In this document: in pieces, positions 26,342 to 35,786 of the stretch
Position numbering within the stretch: the first letter of the stretch is position 1
Layout: the number at the start of each line of letters is the position of its first letter
Source of the DNA: Rhodospirillales bacterium
GTDB taxonomy: Bacteria > Pseudomonadota > Alphaproteobacteria > UBA8366 > JADFVY01
DNA: 64,000 nucleotides
Assembly: GCA_020356105.1 (NCBI GenBank)
Contig: CP070634.1
Span: forward strand, 2,555,452-2,619,451
Direction of reading: 5' to 3'
Translations under genes and position numbers: made by a program
Notes under the pieces: generated by a model
Database searches by the model: none
Told to the model about the DNA's origin: nothing
Seen by the model: only the letters and a program-made list of their open reading frames with translations

Positions 26342-28300
26342 ATGAAAGCGATCGCCTACAAAGGCCGGACGGCGGCGTTATTGTTGCTGCTGGCCGCACA
26401 GCTCGGCTACGCGGCCTTTCTGAACCCGCATGGGCATTTCACCGTCGACGAGGGCGTCTATCATATGATGGCCCGGGCACTCGCCGAGGAGGGCAGCCTT
26501 GCGGTATGGAACGGCTATGCGGAGACGCCGTCGAAAGAACTGGTCTACACGTTTCTCAGGGTAGATCGCCGCGATCCGGCGAATCCCCGGCTGGTGCCGC
26601 AATATCCGCCAACCTACGCGTTCATTGCGGCGCCGTTCTATCTCGCCGCCGGACTGTCCGGCCTGTTCTACCTCAATCTGCTCGCCTTTCTCGCCGCCGT
26701 GTGGCTGACCATGGCCATCGCACAGCGCCTGTTCTCGGATCGTGGCCTGACGTTGAACGCCGCCCTCATCCTGATCGTCGCCACATTCACCTGGGAATAC
26801 GTGCACGCTATCTGGCCACATGTGTTGGCGATGGCCTTCACGACCGGTGCGATGCTGGCCGCAATCGTGTCATTTCAGACCGAGGATCGTTGGCGCACAG
26901 CCGCTTACGCGGCGATCGCCGGGCTCACGCTGGGCATCGGCTCCGGCGTGCGCTACGATACGATCCTGCTCGCGCCGGCACTGGTACTGCCCTTCCTGTT
27001 CGCTTCGCCGGTGCGCCTCGCGCCGGCGGTCTCGCTGTCCGCCGGGCTGATACCGGGCCTCCTGCTGCTTGCCATCAGCAACGCCGCAAAATTCGGCATC
27101 CTGTCACCGTTCACCTATGGATCCTCGCGAATCGGCGAGGCGACGGTGGTGAGCACCTACCTCAATCTCGTCGTCCTGGCCGGTGCCGCCGTCGCCGCGA
27201 TCTGGCTGGCCACGCGGCCCAAGGTCGCCGCCGCGCTGACCCGGTACCGCTGGTGGCCGATCGCCATCGCGGTTGCGCTCACAGCGGTGGTGCTGGCGAT
27301 GCCACCGCTGCAAAGCCTCGCGCTGCGGATGGCCGACGGCACCTGGCAGCTGGTCGTCGACATGCGGATCCGCAGCCTTGATATCGTGGAATGGGGTGTA
27401 TCGCGGACACCGGGCGGTGCCGTCGCCTACGACCAGGCGCTGAAGAAATCCTTGCTGCAAAACTGTCCCTGGCTGATCGTCCTGCTGTTGCCTCTGGCAC
27501 GGTTCCTGCGGCAGCCGCGCGGCAACGGCGCGCTTTCCCCAATGTTTCTCGCGATTGCCGGTTTTCTTGCGTTTTATGCCTATTTCGCGTGGCACGGCGG
27601 ATATTCGTTCAACATGCGGTATTTCGTCAGCGTCCTGCCGTTCGCCGCTGTGCTCGGCGCGTATGGCTGGCGCTGCCTCGCCGGTGATCTGCCGCCGAAT
27701 TGGCGGTGGCCTCTCGCGGCTGCTGGATTCAGCACGATCGTTCTGTGGTTCGCGCTGTTGCTCCAGGATCCGGGCCTCGGCATCGAGCCGCTGCTGCTCA
27801 ACCCGCCGCTGGTGCTCGCCGGCGTCCTGCTTGTCGCCCTCTTGGTCCGAGCGGCTTCGCGACAGCGCGCAAGGACGATAAGCGCCGGACTGGGGCTGAC
27901 CGCGCTGGCGATGAGCCTCTCCTGGGCGACGACGGCGGCGCTGCTTTACGATCTTCCACGCTCCCGAAACACGCGCGCCGAAAGCGCCGCCATCGCAGGA
28001 GCGGTTGCGCCGGCCCTGCAAACTGACTCGCTTCTGTTTTCCCGTTATGCCAGCACCGTATCCAACCTGATCAGCGCCGACCGGGTTCGCCTGGCATTTC
28101 CGCGCAACGACGATTTCGCCGACTTTCGACGGCTGCTGGACCTGTATCTCGACTCCGGTCGCGCGGTCTATATCGCCTTCAATGACGAATACCGGCACAC
28201 CGCGACGCAGCGAAACCTTCTGGACGGCCTTGAGATCGTGCCGCTTTACGACGCCGACGACACGTTCGTGGCGCGCATTGTTCGTGCGGGCGGATCATGA
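26342..28300 (+). CDS. GT-C fold glycosyltransferase (ArnT/PMT, GT39/GT83-like)
   Basis: 652 aa with more than 10 TM helices and a soluble C-terminal domain of about 130 aa. The first periplasmic loop, FTVDEGVYHMMARAL, resembles the DE(x)Y motif of PMT/ArnT enzymes. Confidence 0.65.
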   Translation: MKAIAYKGRTAALLLLLAAQLGYAAFLNPHGHFTVDEGVYHMMARALAEEGSLAVWNGYAETPSKELVYTFLRVDRRDPANPRLVPQYPPTYAFIAAPFYLAAGLSGLFYLNLLAFLAAVWLTMAIAQRLFSDRGLTLNAALILIVATFTWEYVHAIWPHVLAMAFTTGAMLAAIVSFQTEDRWRTAAYAAIAGLTLGIGSGVRYDTILLAPALVLPFLFASPVRLAPAVSLSAGLIPGLLLLAISNAAKFGILSPFTYGSSRIGEATVVSTYLNLVVLAGAAVAAIWLATRPKVAAALTRYRWWPIAIAVALTAVVLAMPPLQSLALRMADGTWQLVVDMRIRSLDIVEWGVSRTPGGAVAYDQALKKSLLQNCPWLIVLLLPLARFLRQPRGNGALSPMFLAIAGFLAFYAYFAWHGGYSFNMRYFVSVLPFAAVLGAYGWRCLAGDLPPNWRWPLAAAGFSTIVLWFALLLQDPGLGIEPLLLNPPLVLAGVLLVALLVRAASRQRARTISAGLGLTALAMSLSWATTAALLYDLPRSRNTRAESAAIAGAVAPALQTDSLLFSRYASTVSNLISADRVRLAFPRNDDFADFRRLLDLYLDSGRAVYIAFNDEYRHTATQRNLLDGLEIVPLYDADDTFVARIVRAGGS

Positions 28301-29898
28301 GCAGCGACGCGGCAGGCACACCACCGATGCGCGCCGTGACGGTTGGCCTGCGCCAGCGCTGGCTCGTATACGGGGCTCTGGCGCTGGTCTCGCTTGTGCC
28401 CGTGATGATCGTCGACATCCCGGCGCTCGTCGACTATCCCAATCATCTCGCACGCATTCATGTGATCGCCGAGATTGGAGAGGATCCCGAGCTCGCCGCG
28501 AATTACGACGTCGTCTGGGCGGCGATGCCCAACCTCGCGATGGACCTCGTCGTACCACCACTAGCTGGCGTCCTGCCTTTGGAGATCGCCGGGCGGGTCT
28601 TCATCGCCCTGACAATGCTCATGTTGATCGCCGCCACGGCGGCCCTGCACCGTGTGCTGCACGGGCGCATCGGGCTCTGGCCGGTTGCGGTCTGCCTGTT
28701 GCTGTACAACCACCTGCTCATCATGGGGTTCCTCAACTATCTTTTCGCCCTTGGGGTGGCGCTCGCCCTGTTTGCGGCCTGGATCGTCCGCGCGCGGTGG
28801 CCGGCCTGGCTCCACTGGACGGTGTTCCCCGTATCGCTCATCGGCCTCTTCTTTGCCCATTTGTTTGGCCTGGTGGTTTACGGGATTTGCGTTGCCGCCT
28901 ACGAAGCGCCAGGGCTCGGCCAGGCGTGGCGCGGCGAGCGGCGTGTGGCAGTCCGGCAGGCAGTCGTCACGGCATGGCAGTTCCTACCAGCTGCGATGTT
29001 GGTCCTGCTCACCATGCCCGAAGGTGTCGAGCGTGACTTTCTGTACGGGCCGTTGCTGGCGAAGGTCAGAGCCCTGTGGTCGCCAACCCTGACCTATCTG
29101 AAACCGATCGACGTCGCGGTTTTCCTGTTTGCGGCCGCGGTGCCACTTGTCGGGGCCATGACCGGCCGGTTGACGCTGGTCCGCTCGTTGCGGTTGCCGC
29201 TCATCGTGCTCGCCTCGGCGGCAGTGGTGATGCCGTTCTGGATCCAGGGCGCCTGGGGCAGTATCTGGTATGCCGACCTGCGCCTGCCGATCGTGTTATC
29301 CCTGCTACTCATCGCCGGTCTGCATCCACGAAACATCGATGCACGTCTCGCTGTTGCCATCCTTGGCGCGGGCGCCGTATTGCTGGGCGGTCGCGTCGCC
29401 GACATCGCGTTCGAATGGCGTCGCATGGACGCCGACTTCGCAGAGTTTCGGACGGCCGCCCAGCGCATTGAACGCGGGGCCGCCATCCTGCCCGTGCAGC
29501 GACGCAACGTACCCGTACCGGCCGGCGAGACGCGGTTCGATTTTGCCTACTGGCATGTGCCCACCCTTGCCGTAATCGACCGCGCGGCCTTCGTTCCGAC
29601 ATTGTTCACCGATCCCGCGAAACAGGCCGTCCGCGCCGCCCCCGCCAGAGATAGGATGGATACCGCGTTCGGCGCACCGATCGATGTGGCGTTGCTCGTC
29701 GAATCTGCGCGCGGTACAGGTGACGACGATTCGGCCTCCGCGCACGTGGCCATACGGAATTTCTGGGCCGATTGGCCGCGCCGCTTCGATTACGTGCTCC
29801 TTACCCATTTCGGAGCGCGGGGCAATCCTCTCCCACAGCAACTGACCGCGATCCATGAAGGATCCTACTTCACGATATACCGGATCGTCGGCGAATGA
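28297..29898 (+). CDS. large polytopic membrane protein with C-terminal soluble domain (possible GT-C transferase or polymerase/ligase)
   Basis: 533 aa. ATGA overlap with the upstream stop. About 9-10 TM helices follow IVDIPALVDYPNHLARIHVI. I recognise no family. Confidence 0.6.
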   Translation: MSSDAAGTPPMRAVTVGLRQRWLVYGALALVSLVPVMIVDIPALVDYPNHLARIHVIAEIGEDPELAANYDVVWAAMPNLAMDLVVPPLAGVLPLEIAGRVFIALTMLMLIAATAALHRVLHGRIGLWPVAVCLLLYNHLLIMGFLNYLFALGVALALFAAWIVRARWPAWLHWTVFPVSLIGLFFAHLFGLVVYGICVAAYEAPGLGQAWRGERRVAVRQAVVTAWQFLPAAMLVLLTMPEGVERDFLYGPLLAKVRALWSPTLTYLKPIDVAVFLFAAAVPLVGAMTGRLTLVRSLRLPLIVLASAAVVMPFWIQGAWGSIWYADLRLPIVLSLLLIAGLHPRNIDARLAVAILGAGAVLLGGRVADIAFEWRRMDADFAEFRTAAQRIERGAAILPVQRRNVPVPAGETRFDFAYWHVPTLAVIDRAAFVPTLFTDPAKQAVRAAPARDRMDTAFGAPIDVALLVESARGTGDDDSASAHVAIRNFWADWPRRFDYVLLTHFGARGNPLPQQLTAIHEGSYFTIYRIVGE

Positions 29899-29997
29899 CC
29901 GGAACATTCGCACATTTCGGCGCCATTCCGGGTTTCAAGCACCCGTTAACCTGAGGCTGTTAGTGTTGCCCGAATGTGCCCTAGGCGTGACTTGGCG

Positions 29998-31044
29998 ATG
30001 AAACTGATCGTTCAGATACCGTGCCTCAACGAGGAAGAGACGCTGCCGCAGACGGTTAGCGACATTCCGCGCCGCATTTCCGGCGTCGACCGAATCGAAA
30101 TCCTCATCATCGACGACGGCTCCACTGACCGGACCGTTGAAATCGCACGGGAGATCGGGGTCGACCACATCATCCGTCACCGCAACCGCAAGGGCCTGGC
30201 GCGGGCGTTCCGCACAGGGATCGACGCGTGCCTGCGCCGCGGCGCCGACATCATCGTCAACACCGATGGCGACAACCAGTATTGCGGCGCCGACATTCCC
30301 AAGCTGATCGCGCCGATCCTCCAGGGACGCGCTGATATCGTGGTTGGCGATCGTCAGACGCAAACCGTTCCACATTTCTCTGCGTTCAAGAAATTCCTGC
30401 AGAGGGTCGGCAGCCGGATCGTCAGCCGGCTGTCCAACACCACCGTCCCCGACGCTGTCAGCGGGTTCCGCGCCATGTCACGCGACGCGGCGCTGCACCT
30501 CAATATCGTCTCCCCGTTCAGCTACACCATCGAAATGCTGATCCAGGCGGGGCGCAAGTACATGTCCGTCGAGTCCGTGCCGATCCGCACCAACCCCAAG
30601 ACGCGCGAGTCGCGGCTGTTTCGCAGTATCCCGAAGTTCCTCGAGCGGTCATTGACCACGATGGTACGGATGTATTCGATGTACCGGCCGCTCAAGGTGT
30701 TCTTCTTCATCGGCCTTGCGATCACGCTATTCGGCATGCTGCCGGTGGTGCGGTTTCTCTATTTCTTTTTCACGGGAGACGGTGCCGGCCACATCCAGTC
30801 CCTGGTTCTCGGCGGCGCGCTACTGGTCATCGGATTCATGGCCTTCATGATCGGGCTCGTCGCCGATCTCATCAGCTTCAACCGGCAATTGCTGGAAATG
30901 ACGCTTGAGAAAGTCCGGCGGATCGAATTGGAGCTGGGCATGGCGGAGGAGCAGGATACGGAAATCGACGATCCTGTACTGCGCTTGCAGTCAAAGGCGA
31001 GGGCCCTCGGGAGGGCCGCAGTCACCCTTCGAGACAAAGGTTGA
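29998..31044 (+). CDS. GT2 polyprenyl-phosphate sugar synthase (DPM1/GtrB/ArnC-like) with two C-terminal TM helices
   Basis: ORF 29974..31044 trimmed to ATG 29998. MKLIVQIPCLNEEETLPQTVSDI...ILIIDDGSTDRT...NTDGDNQY...VGDRQ is a GT-A fold with DxD. The C-terminal helices are FFFIGLAITLFGMLPVV and VLGGALLVIGFMAFMIGLV. Confidence 0.85.
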   Translation: MKLIVQIPCLNEEETLPQTVSDIPRRISGVDRIEILIIDDGSTDRTVEIAREIGVDHIIRHRNRKGLARAFRTGIDACLRRGADIIVNTDGDNQYCGADIPKLIAPILQGRADIVVGDRQTQTVPHFSAFKKFLQRVGSRIVSRLSNTTVPDAVSGFRAMSRDAALHLNIVSPFSYTIEMLIQAGRKYMSVESVPIRTNPKTRESRLFRSIPKFLERSLTTMVRMYSMYRPLKVFFFIGLAITLFGMLPVVRFLYFFFTGDGAGHIQSLVLGGALLVIGFMAFMIGLVADLISFNRQLLEMTLEKVRRIELELGMAEEQDTEIDDPVLRLQSKARALGRAAVTLRDKG

Positions 31045-31912
31045 GTTGCTCACGCCAATCGGGCAACGCAACATCGAACGTCTCAAACAACTTCGTGCCG
31101 TCCAAGAGTGAATTCGCGGGCCGTTTCGCGGGCGTCGGATACTCCGAAGTCGGAATCGGTCGGATCCGCTTGCAGCGCACGGGCTGACGTGTTTTTCGCA
31201 ACCAGTCGACGATCGCCTCGGCGAAGCCGTGCCAACTCGTCTTGCCCGATGCGGTCAGGTGATAAAGTCCACCCCTTTCCGCCAAGATTCCGGTCGCCTT
31301 GGGGGCACCGCAACGCGCCAGGACGGCGGCCGTCGCTTCGGCGATCATGCGGGACCAAGTCGGCGCGCCGTATTGATCGTCGACGATGCGCAGCTCTTCG
31401 AGTTCACCAGACAACCGCCGCACGGTGAGGAGGAAATTCGCCCCGCGCAGCGAGTAGACCCAACTCGTGCGCAGGATCAGATGCGCGCAACCGGAATCGG
31501 CAACCGCCCGCTCGCCCGCCATTTTGCTCTCACCATAGACACCGAGCGGCGCGGGATCGTCGTCCTCCGTGTACGGGCGTCCCGCGGTGCCGTCGAACAC
31601 ATAATCGGTCGAGTAGTGTACCAACGCGATATCGAGCCGCTTTGCTTCCTCGGCGAGTATCCCGGGCGCCTTCGCGTTCACCGCAAGGGCCAACTCTGCG
31701 TCATTCTCGGCCCGGTCGACCGCGGTGTAGGCGGCCGCGTTGACGATCAGGGACGGCCGCTCATGCCTGACAAACCTCCTTAATGCACCGCCATCCGCCA
31801 GATCAGCATCGCCTCTCTCAAGCGCTCGGACAACACCCAGCGGCGCCAGCGCACGACGCAACTCCCAGCCGACCTGACCGTTGCCACCGAACAGCAGGAT
31901 CGGCGCCGTCAT
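31022..31912 (-). CDS. rfbD: dTDP-4-dehydrorhamnose reductase
   Basis: 296 aa, [18 protein letters not shown]...NAAAYTAVDRAE...VHYSTDYVFDG. Its 3' end overlaps the convergent GT2 gene by 23 bp. Confidence 0.92.
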   Translation of the reverse strand: MTAPILLFGGNGQVGWELRRALAPLGVVRALERGDADLADGGALRRFVRHERPSLIVNAAAYTAVDRAENDAELALAVNAKAPGILAEEAKRLDIALVHYSTDYVFDGTAGRPYTEDDDPAPLGVYGESKMAGERAVADSGCAHLILRTSWVYSLRGANFLLTVRRLSGELEELRIVDDQYGAPTWSRMIAEATAAVLARCGAPKATGILAERGGLYHLTASGKTSWHGFAEAIVDWLRKTRQPVRCKRIRPIPTSEYPTPAKRPANSLLDGTKLFETFDVALPDWREQLNLCLEG

Positions 31913-32472
31913 TCGCCGTCCTCGTAACGCGGCAACCTGGCAATATCGAACTGCGCCAACAGCGATGCCCCTCGGTCCTTTTCCGAGACCACGGGCTCCG
32001 TCATCGGCCAGTCGATCGCGATCTCGGGATCATCCCAGCGAATCGTCCCCTCCGAGTCGCGGTCATAAAAATTCGTACATTTGTAGGCGAACAACGCTAT
32101 CTCGCTTGTTACGCAAAACCCATGGGCAAACCCGGCGGGAATGTAGAGCTGCCGCCCGGTATCCGCCGAGAGGATCAAGCCGGTCCACTTGCCGAAATGC
32201 GGAGACCCGACGCGGATATCCACCGCCACGTCGAACACTTCGCCCGCGAGGACATAGACCAGCTTGCCCTGCCCGTTGGGATGCTGGAAATGAAGGCCCC
32301 GAAGCACTCCACGACCTGACGACGACAAATTGTCCTGTACGAACGCGCCCGGAAGACCCGCGTCTTCGTAGCGGCGGGCATGCCAGGTTTCCTGAAAGAA
32401 GCCGCGAGCATCACCGAACCGGTCCGGCTCGACGATCAGGACTCCCGGCAATTCGGTTTCGAGGACCCTCAT
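31909..32472 (-). CDS. rfbC: dTDP-4-dehydrorhamnose 3,5-epimerase
   Basis: 187 aa with [18 protein letters not shown] and GFAHGF. 4-nt overlaps on both sides. Confidence 0.93.
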   Translation of the reverse strand: MRVLETELPGVLIVEPDRFGDARGFFQETWHARRYEDAGLPGAFVQDNLSSSGRGVLRGLHFQHPNGQGKLVYVLAGEVFDVAVDIRVGSPHFGKWTGLILSADTGRQLYIPAGFAHGFCVTSEIALFAYKCTNFYDRDSEGTIRWDDPEIAIDWPMTEPVVSEKDRGASLLAQFDIARLPRYEDGE

Positions 32473-33362
32473 TGGGCCTCGCGGTCCAGGAGACCGAGCA
32501 GATAAAGACCGTAGCCGCTTTTGCTCAATGGTTGGGCCAGATTGCGCAAAGCCGCATCGTCGATAAAGCCCATCCGCCAGGCCACCTCCTCGACACAGGA
32601 GATCTTCAGGCCCTGGCGCGCCTCGACGACCTCGACGAATTGCGCCGCCTGAAGCAGCGATTCGTGGGTGCCCGTGTCGAGCCAGGCGGCACCGCGCCCA
32701 AGCATCTCGACCTTGAGGTCGCCGCGTTCAAGATAGGCCCGGTTGACATCGGTGATTTCCAGCTCGCCGCGCGCTGACGGCTTCAGAGCCGACGCGATTC
32801 CGACGACGTCCGAATCGTAGAAATATAGGCCCGTTACGGCGAAATTGGATTTCGGCCGGCTCGGTTTCTCCTCGATATCGGTAGCCCGACCGTCCCGGTC
32901 GAACGCCACCACGCCGTAACGTTCCGGGTCACGCACCCAGTAGGCAAACACCGTGGCACCCCTGGCCCGCGACGCCGCGGCCTGCAGGCGCTTGGCCAGA
33001 CCCTGACCGTAGAAGATGTTATCGCCGAGCACGAGACACACCGGATCCGAGCCGACGAAATTGGCTCCGATGATGAACGCCTGGGCAAGACCTTCGGGTT
33101 TCGGCTGAACCGCATAGGAAATATGGATGCCCCACTGGGATCCATCGGCAAGAAGCCGCTGGAAGGCCTGCGAATCCTCTGGCGTGGTGATCAGCAAGAT
33201 GTCCCTGATCCCGGCGAGCATCAGCACCGACAGCGGATAGTAGATCATCGGCTTGTCATAGACCGGTAACAGCTGTTTGCTGACCGATTTGGTGATGGGA
33301 TAAAGCCGGGTGCCGGACCCGCCGGCCAGGATAATGCCCTTCTTGACCGCCTGCACGCTCAT
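32469..33362 (-). CDS. rfbA: glucose-1-phosphate thymidylyltransferase
   Basis: ORF 32469..33428 trimmed to ATG 33362. [45 protein letters not shown]. Confidence 0.94.
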   Translation of the reverse strand: MSVQAVKKGIILAGGSGTRLYPITKSVSKQLLPVYDKPMIYYPLSVLMLAGIRDILLITTPEDSQAFQRLLADGSQWGIHISYAVQPKPEGLAQAFIIGANFVGSDPVCLVLGDNIFYGQGLAKRLQAAASRARGATVFAYWVRDPERYGVVAFDRDGRATDIEEKPSRPKSNFAVTGLYFYDSDVVGIASALKPSARGELEITDVNRAYLERGDLKVEMLGRGAAWLDTGTHESLLQAAQFVEVVEARQGLKISCVEEVAWRMGFIDDAALRNLAQPLSKSGYGLYLLGLLDREAQ

Positions 33363-34444
33363 CCGACCTTCCCTTGTCCCAATCCCAGTCGTTCGACTCG
33401 GTAGGCGCCGGACAGGATTCGTTCCCACCAGCCTCGGTTTTCGAGATACCAGGCAATGGTTCGCTTGAGTCCGCTCTCGAAGGATCCGCTGGGAGCCCAG
33501 CCGAGCTCACTCTCGATCTTGGAACTGTCGATCGCATAGCGCAGGTCATGACCCGGCCGGTCGGCGACGAAAGTGATCAGAGCATCGTGCGGGCGGTGCG
33601 GCGAATCGGGCAGCAGCTCGTCCAGGATGGCACACACGGACCGCGCAACGTCTATGTTGCGGCGCTCGGCCGATCCGCCAATATTATAGGTTTCGCCGAT
33701 CCTCCCCCGATCGAGCACGAGACGCAGCGCGGCGGCGTGGTCCTCGACGTAAAGCCAGTCGCGCACGTTCTCGCCCTTGCCGTAAATCGGCAGCGCTTCT
33801 CCCTTCAGCGCCCTCAGGATCAGAACCGGGATCAGTTTTTCGGGGAACTGGTAGGGTCCGTAATTGTTCGAACAATTGGTGATCACGACGGGCAATCCGA
33901 AGGTTTCGCTCCAGGCCCGCACCAGATGGTCGGACGAGGCCTTGCTGGCCGAGTAGGGGGAATTCGGATGATACGGCGTCTGCTCCGTGAACAGACCCTC
34001 GGCCCCCAGCGTCCCGTAAACCTCGTCGGTCGAGACGTGATGAAACCGAAACGCCTGGCGCCCCGCATCGTCGAGCTCTTCGAAATGGCGCCGGGCCACT
34101 TCGAGCAAGTTATACGTTCCGACGATATTGGTCTGGATGAAGTCGGCCGGCCCGTCGATCGAACGGTCGACATGCGATTCGGCGGCCAGATGCATGACCG
34201 CTCGCGGCTTGTGCGTCGCGAAGACCCGTGCCAACGCTGCAGCGTCACGAATATCGACTCGTTCGAAGATGTGCCGCTCATCGTCGCCCGCGGGTCCGAG
34301 CGACTCGAGATTCCCGGCATACGTCAAGCAGTCGACGTTGACGATGGTCTCGCGCGTCTGGTTGATGAGCTGGCGAACGACGGCCGAACCGATGAAGCCC
34401 GCGCCGCCCGTTACAAGTATCGACACCGCTGGTACCTCTCGCAA
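33359..34444 (-). CDS. rfbB: dTDP-glucose 4,6-dehydratase
   Basis: 361 aa with [23 protein letters not shown] and [11 protein letters not shown]. The true start may be a few codons downstream. Confidence 0.93.
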   Translation of the reverse strand: MREVPAVSILVTGGAGFIGSAVVRQLINQTRETIVNVDCLTYAGNLESLGPAGDDERHIFERVDIRDAAALARVFATHKPRAVMHLAAESHVDRSIDGPADFIQTNIVGTYNLLEVARRHFEELDDAGRQAFRFHHVSTDEVYGTLGAEGLFTEQTPYHPNSPYSASKASSDHLVRAWSETFGLPVVITNCSNNYGPYQFPEKLIPVLILRALKGEALPIYGKGENVRDWLYVEDHAAALRLVLDRGRIGETYNIGGSAERRNIDVARSVCAILDELLPDSPHRPHDALITFVADRPGHDLRYAIDSSKIESELGWAPSGSFESGLKRTIAWYLENRGWWERILSGAYRVERLGLGQGKVG

Positions 34445-34724
34445 CTGATCCGGTGGCCCGCCCCGGCCGAGCAGGCCGGAAACTCCTTAACACCGATCGT
34501 GCCATAGTCGCCACATATTAACATCCCGCTAAGCCGTACCGGCTTCATCGCTAGGCGCGGCGCAGTTGGATGCCTTCCCTTCGCTTAAAACTTTCTTTAC
34601 GGAGACGTGAAATCCTGCAACCGCCCGGGCTGCCCTCATCTGAGGGCTTTCGGCGACTTGCCGGTCGACGTCAAGCCCAGTTGCCAAGCCGGGGCATGAA
34701 AACCAGTAACACGGGTTTGCCGCC

Positions 34725-34997
34725 ATGATCACACGTATCCTTGCGCTGCCTCTTGCCGCCGTCTTGCTGACCCTGTCGGTCACCGCACATGCCTATATCG
34801 GACCGGGCGCCGGCGCGAGCCTCGCAGGTTCGTTGCTGGCTGTCCTGGCCGCGATCGCTACGGCGGTTGCGATCGTCCTGCTCTGGCCGCTTCGACTTCT
34901 TTACAAGAAGATCAAACGCGACAAGCGGATCACCGCTGAAGATATCGTTGCAGTGGAGGACACACAGCAGACGACATCGACCGGCGCCGCGGAATAG
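34725..34997 (+). CDS. small membrane protein (signal-like segment followed by a YIGPGAG motif and a TM helix)
   Basis: 90 aa, MITRILALPLAAVLLTLSVTAHA/YIGPGAGASLAGSLLAVLAAIATAVAIVLLWPL..KKIKRDKR. It is the first gene of a plus-strand polysaccharide operon. Confidence 0.55.
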   Translation: MITRILALPLAAVLLTLSVTAHAYIGPGAGASLAGSLLAVLAAIATAVAIVLLWPLRLLYKKIKRDKRITAEDIVAVEDTQQTTSTGAAE

Positions 34998-35015
34998 CTG
35001 CGGCTGGCCCGGGCG

Positions 35016-35783
35016 ATGGAAATCGGCATCTTCGATTTTCCGGCGCCGCTGTTGTCCTGGGCGGATCGTGCGCTTGATCCCGCCTTGCCCGACGGCGCCC
35101 GGCTGGTGCTGTGGGCGGTGCTTGCCGGGGCCACATCGATGGGGCTGTACTGGCTGTCGTCGCCTCAGGGCAAACTGAATACAGCGAAACGCGATGCCAC
35201 CGCGGCGCGGCGAGCCTTGGCTGACTACGACGGCGATTTTGATGGCCTCTGGCCCCTAATGGGTCGCTCATTGGCGACATCGTTCCGGCATCTTGGGCTC
35301 GCCCTCGGTCCCGCCCTCTTGGGCTCGCTCCCAGTGCTCATGCTGATGGGGTGGATGGCGGGTCAGTACGGGTTTGACCTGCCGGCCGCGGGAGAACCGG
35401 TGCGCATTCAGGCCGAACCGTCGGATGTCGACCTGCAATGGACCGACAGAGCCTCGCTGGCGGATACTAATCCGTGGGTCCTGATATGGCCCGAGCCGGG
35501 CGAGCCGGCCAGCCTCACCGATGTGGCCGGACGCCCACTGTTGACACTGCCGCTCACCCATCCCGTGCCCGTGATCCACAAACGGGCCTGGTGGAACCTG
35601 TTCTTCGCCAATCCGCTCGGAACCTTGCCGCCGGATGCGCCGGTCGACCTGATTGACATCGGTCTTCGGCCACGCGTCTTCCTGCCGTTTGGTCCAAGCT
35701 GGCTGCGGAGTTGGGAAGCGCCGTTCATCCTGGTCGTCCTGATCGCCTCCATGGCCGTGAAGATCCTGTTCCGGATCCGTTGA
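35016..35783 (+). CDS. hypothetical membrane protein
   Basis: 255 aa with three hydrophobic segments (LVLWAVLAGATSMGLYWL, ALGPALLGSLPVLMLMGWMA, FILVVLIASMAVKILF). Its frame is consistent with the neighbouring genes. I recognise no family. Confidence 0.6.
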   Translation: MEIGIFDFPAPLLSWADRALDPALPDGARLVLWAVLAGATSMGLYWLSSPQGKLNTAKRDATAARRALADYDGDFDGLWPLMGRSLATSFRHLGLALGPALLGSLPVLMLMGWMAGQYGFDLPAAGEPVRIQAEPSDVDLQWTDRASLADTNPWVLIWPEPGEPASLTDVAGRPLLTLPLTHPVPVIHKRAWWNLFFANPLGTLPPDAPVDLIDIGLRPRVFLPFGPSWLRSWEAPFILVVLIASMAVKILFRIR

Positions 35784-35786
35784 CCT

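Noticed and set aside
34632-34647. Palindrome GCCCTCA-TC-TGAGGGC followed by TTT, upstream of the small membrane-protein gene.
   Set aside because: The 2-nt loop is too small for a stable RNA hairpin or terminator. As a 16-bp operator it is plausible, but I have no supporting context, so I mention it only as a possible site.
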